From: Pachysolen tannophilus NRRL Y-2460
Taxonomy: Eukaryota
DNA: 64,000 nt
NCBI GenBank assembly: GCA_001661245.1
Contig: KV454015.1
Coordinates: 918,924-982,923, forward strand
Direction of reading: 5' to 3'
Shown: piece after piece, positions 1-10,505 of the stretch
Layout: the number at the start of each line of letters is the position of its first letter
Position numbering within the stretch: position 1 is the stretch's first letter
Made by a program: the position numbers and the translations under genes
Notes under the pieces: generated by a model
The model's database searches: none
What the model saw: only the letters and a program-made list of their open reading frames with translations
Told to the model about the DNA's origin: nothing

Positions 1-35
1 CAGTAATTAACTTATCTTTATTTCTTTGGTGAGAA

Positions 36-577
36 ATGAAGACAATCAAGGAAGAGAGTTGTTTGAATGACGGGGCCAGGGATGGCGAGGCCATTGATTC
101 AATGACTGCGGTGGAATATCTTGAAAAACAGCTAGAATTGTACGTTTATTAATTATACTTTAATGATTTATTTTTTATTTATTTAGTTTTTGAGTAATTT
201 TGGTGTAACTAACAATTTTTTTTTTTTTTTCTTTTTTTTTTTCATGTAGAGAGAAAGAAGCTAGGGAACTTATGCCTTATGATCCCAATATTTGTACCTA
301 TACAATTGGTGCTTTACACCAGCAAGTTTATGCTTGTTTGACTTGCCGAGAAAATGATACAAAGAAACCTTATCAGGTATATGTTATTCTTGTTCAATTC
401 AATGTCATTCTTCTCATGAATTAGTGGAATTATTTTCAAAAAGAGATTTTACTTGCGATTGTGGAACCACTAGAATGAAGTATAATGGGGGTTGTCGGTT
501 GAGAAATAGGCCAAGTACGAGGAGATCTTCGTTTGCTTCACAATCGTTGTTGGATCTCAATGGCAACGGGAACAACA
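36..577 (+). CDS. UBR7: UBR-box zinc-finger protein (UBR7/Mlo2 family), 5' part only; intron 140-249; apparent 1-nt frameshift near 362-375; runs into N gap
   Basis: ATG at 36; exon 1 ends SMTAVEYLEKQLE-TT|GTACGT; branch-like AACTAAC 207-213; TAG 247-249. Exon 2 reads EKEARELMPYDPNICTYTIGALHQQVYACLTC, then in a shifted frame GICYSCSIQCHSSHELVELFSKRDFTCDCG, the UBR-box pattern. Confidence 0.85.
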
Positions 578-1352
578 NNNNNNNNNNNNNNNNNNNNNNN
601 NNNNNNNNNNNNNNNNNNNNNNNNNNNNNNNNNNNNNNNNNNNNNNNNNNNNNNNNNNNNNNNNNNNNNNNNNNNNNNNNNNNNNNNNNNNNNNNNNNNN
701 NNNNNNNNNNNNNNNNNNNNNNNNNNNNNNNNNNNNNNNNNNNNNNNNNNNNNNNNNNNNNNNNNNNNNNNNNNNNNNNNNNNNNNNNNNNNNNNNNNNN
801 NNNNNNNNNNNNNNNNNNNNNNNNNNNNNNNNNNNNNNNNNNNNNNNNNNNNNNNNNNNNNNNNNNNNNNNNNNNNNNNNNNNNNNNNNNNNNNNNNNNN
901 NNNNNNNNNNNNNNNNNNNNNNNNNNNNNNNNNNNNNNNNNNNNNNNNNNNNNNNNNNNNNNNNNNNNNNNNNNNNNNNNNNNNNNNNNNNNNNNNNNNN
1001 NNNNNNNNNNNNNNNNNNNNNNNNNNNNNNNNNNNNNNNNNNNNNNNNNNNNNNNNNNNNNNNNNNNNNNNNNNNNNNNNNNNNNNNNNNNNNNNNNNNN
1101 NNNNNNNNNNNNNNNNNNNNNNNNNNNNNNNNNNNNNNNNNNNNNNNNNNNNNNNNNNNNNNNNNNNNNNNNNNNNNNNNNNNNNNNNNNNNNNNNNNNN
1201 NNNNNNNNNNNNNNNNNNNNNNNNNNNNNNNNNNNNNNNNNNNNNNNNNNNNNNNNNNNNNNNNNNNNNNNNNNNNNNNNNNNNNNNNNNNNNNNNNNNN
1301 NNNNNNNNNNNNNNNNNNNNNNNNNNNNNNNNNNNNNNNNNNNNNNNNNNNN
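578..1352. other. Assembly gap (N run)
   Basis: Run of N; ORF-track ORFs spanning it are artefacts. Confidence 1.
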
Positions 1353-1426
1353 AAAAAAAAAAAAACAAATTCTTCATAAATATATACTTATATAATTTGC
1401 ATTTAATCGAAATAGATGGATTTAAT

Positions 1427-2968
1427 TTAGTGACTAACCACAACCGTCTTAATATTTAAATATTCATTAACACCATATTTAGAACCTTCTCTACCAAAAC
1501 CTGAATATCCAACACCACCAAATGGCATAGCTGCTTCAGAAATAACACCCGTATTGGCTCCAATCATACCAACATTAAGTGCTTCTGCAACCCTCAAAAT
1601 CCTACTATAGTCTTTCGAAAAGAAATAGCCAGCAAGTCCTAAATCTGTATCATTTGCGTATGACAAAACTTCTTGTTCTGTCTTGAACTTGATCAAAGGA
1701 GCAATTGGACCAAATGTCTCCTCTTTAGCAATTAACATATCTTGAGTGACATCACCTAAAACGGTTAAACTATGAAAAAATGGACCCAATTCAGGAACTG
1801 ATACACCGCCAGCTAAAACTTTTGCATTTTTGCTCTTTGCATCTTGAATTTGATTTTTAACTTTTTTCAAAGCATTGGCATGGATCAATGGTCCATGAGT
1901 AATACCTTCTTCAAAACCATCCCCTAGTTTTAAACTTTTAACTTTCGAAACCAATTTCTGAGTGTATTCATCATAAACATCTTCGTGAACATAAATCCTA
2001 TTAGCACATACACAAGTTTGACCAGACTGTCTAAATTTACAGCTAATAGTTTCTTGTACTGCCTTATCAATATCAGCATCGTTAAAAACTATAAAAGGTG
2101 CATTCCCACCTAATTCAAATGATAATCTTTTCAAACTTGAAGAAGATTGTGACATCAATATCTTCCCAACATTAGTTGAACCAGTGAATGAAACTTTCCT
2201 GATACTTGGATGTTCACAAAATAATTTACCAATTATCTTGGTTTTTTCAGATGACACTGGTGTCAAATTAAATACGCCTTTTGGTAATCCGGCTTCTTGT
2301 GCAATGTATCCTAAAGCCAAAGCTGAAAGTGGTGTATCAGATGCAGGTTTAACAATCGAAGTACAACCAGCAGCAATTGCAGCACCTAGTTTTCTTGTAA
2401 TCATCGAAGAAGGGAAATTCCAAGGAGTTAATATACCTACAACTCCAACAGGTTGTTTCAAAGTAAATATTTTCTTATTTGGTTGAGCTGACAGTATAAT
2501 GTCTGAATAAATACGAGGTGCTTCTTCAGCAAACCATTGAAAGAAACTAGCAGCGTATTTAACTTCACCTAAGGAATCTGCTAAGGGCTTCCCATTTTCA
2601 ATTGTTATTATCTTAGCTAAATCATTTGCATTATCACTCATTAACTGATACATCTTATATAAGATGTTAGACCTTTCTCTCGGCGTTGTTGTCTTAAAAG
2701 TATTGAAAGCAGAAGAAGCCTTTTGTATTGCTAGTTCCACTTCGGACACGCCTAAATCAGCAACTTGGATAAATGGCTTCCCCGTTGAGGGATTAATGAC
2801 TTCAAAAGTCTTATCATTTGAAACCCATTCACCATTAATATAGCCTTGGTTTCTAAGTAAACCAGGATTGGATAATTTAAGCTTTGAAGACAATTCTTCA
2901 GCAATTGAGGAATAAAATCTACTCAGCTTGATTGAAAACCTGAATTCTCTCTTGGTAACAGAAAACAT
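1427..2968 (-). CDS. UGA2: NAD(P)-dependent succinate-semialdehyde dehydrogenase
   Basis: ALDH motifs TPWNFP, FTGSTNVG, FELGGNAP, GQTCVCANR (catalytic Cys), EETFGP, PFGG; SSADH-type MITRK. Confidence 0.92.
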   Translation of the reverse strand: MFSVTKREFRFSIKLSRFYSSIAEELSSKLKLSNPGLLRNQGYINGEWVSNDKTFEVINPSTGKPFIQVADLGVSEVELAIQKASSAFNTFKTTTPRERSNILYKMYQLMSDNANDLAKIITIENGKPLADSLGEVKYAASFFQWFAEEAPRIYSDIILSAQPNKKIFTLKQPVGVVGILTPWNFPSSMITRKLGAAIAAGCTSIVKPASDTPLSALALGYIAQEAGLPKGVFNLTPVSSEKTKIIGKLFCEHPSIRKVSFTGSTNVGKILMSQSSSSLKRLSFELGGNAPFIVFNDADIDKAVQETISCKFRQSGQTCVCANRIYVHEDVYDEYTQKLVSKVKSLKLGDGFEEGITHGPLIHANALKKVKNQIQDAKSKNAKVLAGGVSVPELGPFFHSLTVLGDVTQDMLIAKEETFGPIAPLIKFKTEQEVLSYANDTDLGLAGYFFSKDYSRILRVAEALNVGMIGANTGVISEAAMPFGGVGYSGFGREGSKYGVNEYLNIKTVVVSH

Positions 2969-3418
2969 TCTTAGTTTATTTTCTATGAAAAATTGACAGC
3001 AACCAATAGTTTTGAAGCATGTCTAATTGAATTGAAAGTTATCCTATATTATTTATATTTATATCTTTTAAATTGCTTCTAACAAAGTCTCTCGGAGTTC
3101 ATGCATTTTTGCGCATAATAACGGTTAATCTGACCACTAATGATGAATTTACAATATCAAAGATTCATTTAATATTATATATACACGAAACGGAAAAGAT
3201 ATAAAAGCAAATTTAATACAAAGTAAAAACAAGGTAGTCTTTTATATTAAAGTTTCATTATCCTTTCCAAAAGAACGTAAGAAATGTAACTTTTTATGGT
3301 AAACCTTTTGAAAAAAGATAAATATGCTCCAAGAAACAAAAAAAAAAAAAAAATACAATATAAAGATTGCAAACTATGTTCATTTATAATAATATTATAA
3401 TAAATAACTTGAGTGATA

Positions 3419-6400
3419 TTATTTATTGTCGTTTTTCTTATTCTTTTCCTCTTCAATTTTATCAAATTCTGCTTTCCAAACGTTGTTGGCATCTTCTTTT
3501 GAAAGATCAGGGAATAAAACATTGAAAACATCACTATACCAATCAGCTGCAACAGGAGTCAATCCTTCCTTAACGTTATCCGGTAATTCTTTCCAATCTG
3601 CCAAATTGTCCTTAGGGAATATGATAGTTTTAACACCAGATCTCTTTGCTGCAATAGTCTTCTCCTTTAATCCTCCAATTCTTAAAACTTTTCCTGTCAA
3701 AGTTAATTCACCAGTCATGGCAACGGTTGGATCTAAAGACTTGTTCAAAGCCAATGATAAGAATGAAGATGTCATTGTAACACCAGCAGATGGACCATCT
3801 TTTGGAGTAGCACCTTCTGGACAATGTAAATGAATCTTAGCTTTTTCAAAGAATCTGTTTCCCGGGTAGTTCTTAGCTAAAAACATTTCAGCAAATGAAT
3901 AAGCAATTCTTGAAGATTCCTTCATAACATCACCCAACTGACCTGTAATTTCAACTCTTGGGACAGAATCAATAGTGATAGCCTGTTCCAAAACTGATTC
4001 TATATACAATGCAGAACCACCCATTGAAGTCCAAGCAAGACCCATAACGACACCAGGAGGTGTGGTTTCATAAAGACGATCAGCAGTGTATATTTGTGGA
4101 CCCACGTAATCTTTCAAGTTTTTTTCATCAACTTCGACTTTATAGGATTCTGGAACATTTATTTGTGGGATTTCTGCCTCAACTTCATCTTCAGGTTTTG
4201 GAGTTGTATCTAAATTTCTCAGTTGCTTCTCATCATGAGTCTCCTCAGAATTTTTCGAAGCGGTTTTAGTTTTGGTGGTGTCCTTAGGTTCTGTTTCTGA
4301 AGTAGAGATTTCATTATTGTCTTTTTTATGCTCCTCATCAGATTTTTCTAATAATTCTTCATCTTTAACGACATCTACTTCTTCATCACCTAACTCTTTA
4401 ACAACATTTAATGCGGCTTTTCTATAAATTTTCTCGATTTGTTTTTTCAAATTTCTTACACCACTTTCTCTGCAGTAATTCTTAATTAATGCCTTAATGG
4501 CCTCTTCAGTTAAATTAACATTAACCTTGTCCAATCCTGATGATTTTTTAGCATCTGGTGCCAAATATTTCTCAGCAATCTTAATTTTTTCTTCGGCAAT
4601 GTAACCAGAAATCTCAATGACTTCCATTCTATCTAATAAAGGACCAGGAATTGTACTCAAAGTATTTGCAGTGCAAACAAATAATACTTTAGATAAATCA
4701 ATTGGAACATCCATATAATTATCCAAAAAGGAATTATTTTGTTCTGGATCCAATAATTCTAACAAAGCTGCTGCAGGATCACCACCGTTAACACTATGGG
4801 TATGAGAAACCTTATCAATTTCATCTATTAAAATCAACGGATTCTCAGTTTGCGTCTTCTTCAAAGCTTGAACAACTCTACCAGGGATGGCACCAACATA
4901 CGTTCTTCTATGACCCTTGATTTCAGAAACATCGCTTAAACCACCAACAGAAAATCTATAAAACTTTCTATTCAAAGCTTCGGCAATAGACTTACCAATA
5001 GATGTTTTACCAACACCTGGAGGACCAACAAAACAGATGATCTTACCATTAATTTTATTTAATAATTTACCAACCGCAATGAATTCTAAGATACGCTCTT
5101 TTACATCTTTCAAACCGTAATGGTCCTCATTCAAAATACGAACGGCTCTTCTAATGCTGTATTCATCTTTTGAAGCTTTACCCCACGGTATTTGGGTTAA
5201 CCAATCAAGATAGTTTCTTGTAACTGTGAATTCTGACATTAATGGTTCCAAGGAACTTAACTTATTAATTTCGTCATCATAAACTTTTTTCACATCTTCA
5301 GGCATCTTGAGATCCTTTACCCTTTCGTTATATTTCGCAATCAATTTATCTCTACCATCATCAATACCTAATTCCTTCTTGATAGATTTCAACTGTTCAT
5401 TCAAATGATATTCTCTATGTCTCTTGGTCATTCTTTCTTCCAAATCTTTTTCGATGTCTTTCTGTAATTTCTTGTTCATTAACTCTTTATTTAAGACAAC
5501 TAAAGCCAATTCCAATCTTTTCTCGACATCCACACATTCCAAAATTTCTTGTAAATCTTTTTCTTCTGCAGCTGATAATGAAGCAGCGAAATCAGCTAAT
5601 TTTTCTGGAGATTGGAAAACATCTTTTTGCAAGGAAGAACTGAATGTTGCCATTTGATCGCTAAATACTTTATTCATAGATGAAATATCTTTAAAAACTT
5701 GTAAAATTTCAGCTGTTAAAGCATTGATCATTGGTGATTTTTTATCGTAAGGTAAATCTTCAACGTTAGATACATTAACTAAAGTGATCGGATATTTTTT
5801 CAAATATGCTGTCGGATTTTCTTGTTCGTCTTCAATTGCAGCATCCACATCTTGTTTAGTGATCATTGGTTTAGTCTGAGGCGAGATTTGTTTTTCCTCA
5901 TCCAGATCAACTATTCTATTTCTCTCGGTAGAAGAAGGAGTATCTCCTTCTTTTTCACCTGTGATACCATCAATGATTTCTTTCTTTTCCTTTTGAGAGC
6001 GAACTACAATCTCCTCTGGTTGATCATGCAGCAGTGAAGTATCTTGTTCATAATCTTTTACTTCCTTTGGCGCAAAAAGTTCATCTATCTTGATCCTTTT
6101 ATGAACATAAAATACAGTCGTTAAAATTTCATTACCCGTTTCGACATCTCTGGAAAAAACTGTGGAAGTAACTTGAGCCAACACACCAGTTTCATAAACC
6201 TCATCTTTAGATTTAATTGTATCACCTTCTGCATTTTCATTCTTAAATAAGAAACAACCAATGTATGGTTGATTTTTATTCATCATTTCTTTAATTGCTT
6301 TCATAACATTGACATCAGTTATAACAACACATTTGTAAAAACCAGGAAATAAAGGTCTCCCAGAAATTGGCAATGCTAAAATCTGCGGATATACTTCTGG

Positions 6401-7045
6401 CAAATCTGTTGAGATATCTTGTTTAGCTGACTTGGAAGATGATTTCAGAGAAAATGATGGTGCAGATGAGTTTCCATCCCCACCATCGTTATTACCTGGA
6501 GGAGCAGCTCCACCTGCTGCAGCTGCAGCTGCCCCTGAACCTGGTGGTTTAGAAGATTTAAAAGAACCCCTTACAGATGATTTTGGAGTATCTTTACTTG
6601 GTGCTGGCGGTTGCTTATCTGTTTCATCTTCTTTGTCGTTATTTCGCTGATCATCATCATTTGTCTTTTCATCTTTACCATTATTATCATTTTTATTATT
6701 CTCCTTGTCTGAAGAATCAATCTTAACTTCGTTATTGCCATTGTTATTCTTTGATTTCAACTTCAAAGCTTTCATTAAAGAATTTTGTTGAGAAAAAGAT
6801 GGATTGAAAAAATCAGTTGTCAGTTGCGGATGCTGAATCTGTCCTGGATTCCTTAAACTAACATATTCAAAAGATTTACCGCCGTTTAATTGATTCAACA
6901 ATTTTGTAGTATCATCATATACCGTCTTCCTCAATATCGCCTCTGTCTGAAAATTAGATAATGATGATGCAAACTTTTTCTTATTTATATTAAATGATCT
7001 GATTATTAAACTTGAGGTGCTCACTGAACCTCTTTTGGAAAGCAT
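3419..7045 (-). CDS. PIM1: Mitochondrial Lon protease
   Basis: Walker A GPPGVGKTS, IKGHRRTYVGA, LIDEIDK, catalytic PKDGPSAG and GGLKEK; basic N-terminal presequence. Confidence 0.97.
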   Translation of the reverse strand: MLSKRGSVSTSSLIIRSFNINKKKFASSLSNFQTEAILRKTVYDDTTKLLNQLNGGKSFEYVSLRNPGQIQHPQLTTDFFNPSFSQQNSLMKALKLKSKNNNGNNEVKIDSSDKENNKNDNNGKDEKTNDDDQRNNDKEDETDKQPPAPSKDTPKSSVRGSFKSSKPPGSGAAAAAAGGAAPPGNNDGGDGNSSAPSFSLKSSSKSAKQDISTDLPEVYPQILALPISGRPLFPGFYKCVVITDVNVMKAIKEMMNKNQPYIGCFLFKNENAEGDTIKSKDEVYETGVLAQVTSTVFSRDVETGNEILTTVFYVHKRIKIDELFAPKEVKDYEQDTSLLHDQPEEIVVRSQKEKKEIIDGITGEKEGDTPSSTERNRIVDLDEEKQISPQTKPMITKQDVDAAIEDEQENPTAYLKKYPITLVNVSNVEDLPYDKKSPMINALTAEILQVFKDISSMNKVFSDQMATFSSSLQKDVFQSPEKLADFAASLSAAEEKDLQEILECVDVEKRLELALVVLNKELMNKKLQKDIEKDLEERMTKRHREYHLNEQLKSIKKELGIDDGRDKLIAKYNERVKDLKMPEDVKKVYDDEINKLSSLEPLMSEFTVTRNYLDWLTQIPWGKASKDEYSIRRAVRILNEDHYGLKDVKERILEFIAVGKLLNKINGKIICFVGPPGVGKTSIGKSIAEALNRKFYRFSVGGLSDVSEIKGHRRTYVGAIPGRVVQALKKTQTENPLILIDEIDKVSHTHSVNGGDPAAALLELLDPEQNNSFLDNYMDVPIDLSKVLFVCTANTLSTIPGPLLDRMEVIEISGYIAEEKIKIAEKYLAPDAKKSSGLDKVNVNLTEEAIKALIKNYCRESGVRNLKKQIEKIYRKAALNVVKELGDEEVDVVKDEELLEKSDEEHKKDNNEISTSETEPKDTTKTKTASKNSEETHDEKQLRNLDTTPKPEDEVEAEIPQINVPESYKVEVDEKNLKDYVGPQIYTADRLYETTPPGVVMGLAWTSMGGSALYIESVLEQAITIDSVPRVEITGQLGDVMKESSRIAYSFAEMFLAKNYPGNRFFEKAKIHLHCPEGATPKDGPSAGVTMTSSFLSLALNKSLDPTVAMTGELTLTGKVLRIGGLKEKTIAAKRSGVKTIIFPKDNLADWKELPDNVKEGLTPVAADWYSDVFNVLFPDLSKEDANNVWKAEFDKIEEEKNKKNDNK

Positions 7046-7221
7046 TATTAATGATTTGTTACAACTAACCTTTTTTTTATATATAAAAAAATAACTTTCC
7101 TTACTCTTCTCTTTTTCTATTTCTTATTTTTTTTTTTTTTTTNNNNNNNNNNNNNNNNNNNNNNNNNNNNNNNNNNNNNNNNNNNNNNNNNNNNNNNNNN
7201 NNNNNNNNNNNNNNNNNNNNN

Positions 7222-7950
7222 GTTTAGCTGACTTGAAAGAATGATTTCAGAGAAAAATGATGGTGCAGATGAGTTTCCATCCCCACCATCGTTATTACCT
7301 GGAGGAGCAGCTCCACCTGCTGCAGCTGCAGCTGCCCCTGAACCTGGTGGTTTAGAAGATTTAAAAGAACCCCTTACAGATGATTTTGGAGTATCTTTAC
7401 TTGGTGCTGGCGGTTGCTTATCTGTTTCATCTTCTTTGTCGTTATTTCGCTGATCATCATCATTTGTCTTTTCATCTTTACCATTATTATCATTTTTATT
7501 ATTCTCCTTGTCTGAAGAATCAATCTTAACTTCGTTATTGCCATTGTTATTCTTTGATTTCAACTTCAAAGCTTTCATTAAAGAATTTTGTTGAGAAAAA
7601 GATGGATTGAAAAAATCAGTTGTCAGTTGCGGATGCTGAATCTGTCCTGGATTCCTTAAACTAACATATTCAAAAGATTTACCGCCGTTTAATTGATTCA
7701 ACAATTTTGTAGTATCATCATATACCGTCTTCCTCAATATCGCCTCTGTCTGAAAATTAGATAATGATGATGCAAACTTTTTCTTATTTATATTAAATGA
7801 TCTGATTATTAAACTTGAGGTGCTCACTGAACCTCTTTTGGAAAGCATTATTAATGATTTGTTACAACTAACCTTTTTTTTTATATATAAAAAAAATAAC
7901 TTTCCTTACTCTTCTCTTTTTCTATTTCTTATTTTTTTTTTTTTTTTTTT
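7222..7950. repeat. Near-identical second copy of 6421-7142 (PIM1 5' end and leader) across an N gap; probable unmerged contig overlap
   Basis: Matches 6421-7142 except for homopolymer lengths near contig ends; the copies are separated by N 7143-7221. Confidence 0.9.
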
Positions 7951-8458
7951 TGCCTTTCTCTTTTCTCTTTTATAACTTCACTAAACTGAATACTAAAATT
8001 AACCTAGAATTATTTAAACAAAGTGCAATTAAAATATTATTAAGTTATTATTGAAATAAAGAGTAGTTGTGAACTTTTGAACTTTTGAGCAGTGGCAACT
8101 AAAAAAAAAAAAATGGTGATCCCGGAATTCGCTAACAAAAACAAGCCGGGTCGAGTATGGAAATAATAATTTCCGACCGGTGCCATTAACGAGGTGGCTA
8201 ATGCCCTCGGAACTTTTTTCAGTTTAATAACTTTATACACTACCTGATACTGAAGTATAGGAAAAGAAGGCCATATATATAAATATATATATGATTGTGA
8301 ATAATAAATACAGTGAATAAAAAATTATAGTAAACCACATTAGACAGCCATTGATGTAAATTCCAGAAAAAAAGTATATATAGAGTATAGAGTACAACCA
8401 GATAAAATAAATAAATAAAAAAAATAAAAAAAATAAAAATAAAAAATGCAACATTACG

Positions 8459-9451
8459 TTAAAATTCATTTTCGTACTGATACAAGAGATCTTGATCAGG
8501 CTCGTTACCGTTATTTGCAGGATCGTGAGTATAATCAAGAGCGTTGAATCCATCTTCTTGTTTTATACTTAGTTCTTGTTCGAGGTCATGTTGCATTTCG
8601 AGGCCATTTGTAGCATCAGAGACAACATTGGTGGTAGGTTCTTCTTCATCAGGTTGTTGTAGAAATTGATCTTCAACTGCTACTTCGGACAAATTATTAC
8701 TTGTAGATGTATTGGAGTTATCTCTATTTTGTCCTTGGTCTTCATCATCCTCATCATCTTCGTCTTCCAGTTGTATAAATTCATCAGCATTAGTTGTATG
8801 ATTATTTATGAATTGATCTTGTGATCCATTTATTTCTTTTCCTTCTTCAACTTCTTCAACCGATTCTCTTCGAGCTTCTTCTGCCAATTTCAGTTGTCTC
8901 TTTAATTGAGCAGCAGTCGGACTTTTCCTTGTACTTGTTGTTTCTCCTCGTTCCTGTTTTAAAGCCTGTTGTTCTCTATATTTAGCAAGATAAATTTTTA
9001 AAACTTCAGCATAATTTTCAAATCCTAAAGAGTGCATTGAATATAGTACATCTTCACCATTAATAGTTTTCCTTTTTTCATTAACACATTTATCCGATGC
9101 TTCTGACGTAATAAAAGATATAAATTCACTCACACATTCTTGCATACATTCTTTAGCATCTTTTGAAACTTTTGCAGTTCCTGGTAAAGTATTTTTCATC
9201 AATCTTGCAACATTTGCTATTGGAAGCCAACGTTCTTGTTCTCTTAACTCAGTTTCATGATAACTTAGTGATGGTATACTTGAATTATCTGACATATCCA
9301 AGAAGAAACGCTGTACTATATAAATAAGTAAATAAATAAAACAATTTTTGTTAACATAAATAAAATATTAGATCACAAAAGTATTATATTATTATACAAA
9401 GTATTTTTTTTTTAATTCACTCATTCAATTCAATAACTACTTACCGTTCAT
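8459..9451 (-). CDS. HAP3: CCAAT-binding factor subunit Hap3 (NF-YB); probable 7-nt first coding exon (9451-9445) and intron 9444-9316
   Basis: Histone-fold core [18 protein letters not shown]...[28 protein letters not shown]. Upstream ATGAACG|GTAAGT, TGTTAAC, and TAG join in frame ([12 protein letters not shown]). Alternative start is the ATG at 9295. Confidence 0.9.
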
Positions 9452-9603
9452 CGTGCTTGTTCTCCTAACTTAATTTTTTTTTTCTCTCTTTTCATCCATT
9501 TTTTTTTTTCAAAATGTCAGCAAAAAACCGGGAAAATTTCCTAAAGAAGAAAAAAATTTGGAGAAAAAAAAAAATTTTTGGAGAAAAAAAAGATATAAAA
9601 TAA

Positions 9604-9687
9604 TGAAGGATGCGAGGTTCGAACTCGCGCGGACGTCTGTCCAGTAGATCTTAAGTCTACCGCCTTAGACCACTCGGCCAACCCTCC
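9604..9687 (-). tRNA. tRNA-Leu(UAA), intronless, long variable arm
   Basis: Minus strand reads GGAGGGTTGGCCGAGTGGTCTAAGGCGGTAGACTTAAGATCTACTGGACAGACGTCCGCGCGAGTTCGAACCTCGCATCCTTCA: anticodon stem GTAGA/TCTAC, loop CTTAAGA, GTTCGAA T-loop, followed by a T-rich terminator. Confidence 0.97.
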
Positions 9688-10505
9688 AAATATTTAAAAT
9701 TAGTAAATCTTATGTTCCATCTTCACGGAAGAAAACTATAATTAAAGTTTAATAAACATTTTACAATTTTACTCACTTGCATCTCAAGACCTAAATCGGC
9801 TATTGTTCGAGATGTTTCATTAAAGAAAAAAAAAAAAAAAAAAAAGGTTACGTAACTTTATAAAAAGAAAAAGCTCTGTTTTAACGGAAAAAATTTCATT
9901 TTTTTTTTGAAAAAAAAAAAAAATGAAACGTCATACGTAAGAAGACGTAATCATTGTAACGAATTCTATTTGTGGTTGGTGTCGTATTCCCGATACAACA
10001 GTCATTTAACAATAGAACCCTAAACATATTTTGATTTGATCTTTAGTGGAGTCTTTAATTGATGTATTTCTGTATAGTATATGTATGAGTATAAAATAAG
10101 TATACGTAGTATAAATATGCGTAACGGATAAATTACGCCCCAGCCTCTGTTTTGTACTAGGAAATTGAGGGTGCTCGGACACCTCTTTAACTTGAAAGGA
10201 TGATCGAAATGGACGGAAACCTTTATTACATGGACGCAGGTTAGCGGAAGAGTCTGTTTTAACAGGATTAGTACTATTGGAATTTTTCAAACAACTCTCG
10301 TTGAGCAATAAAATTGTAAAATGAAAAGGTGCTATAAATTCTTTAAGTTGTCCCAATTTTTCTTATATTTTGAAATTATATATTAATATTATACAAGTCT
10401 CTATTTTTTTCTTTTTTTTTTTCTTTTTTATTGTTCTTGGGAAAAAAAAAATATAATTTTATTGTATTTGTTTTAATTAATTCATTTGAAATAAATTAGA
10501 GAAAG

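Noticed and set aside
424..1459. Long ORFs spanning the first gap (also 42251-43258 and 42408-43091)
   Set aside because: Open only because N codons contain no stops.
7117..7848. Second, truncated Lon gene (243 aa)
   Set aside because: Matches 6421-7142 apart from homopolymer lengths and abuts an N gap; best explained as unmerged contig overlap.
9604..9687. Possible reassigned tRNA-CAG
   Set aside because: Anticodon is clearly UAA with a normal Leu body.
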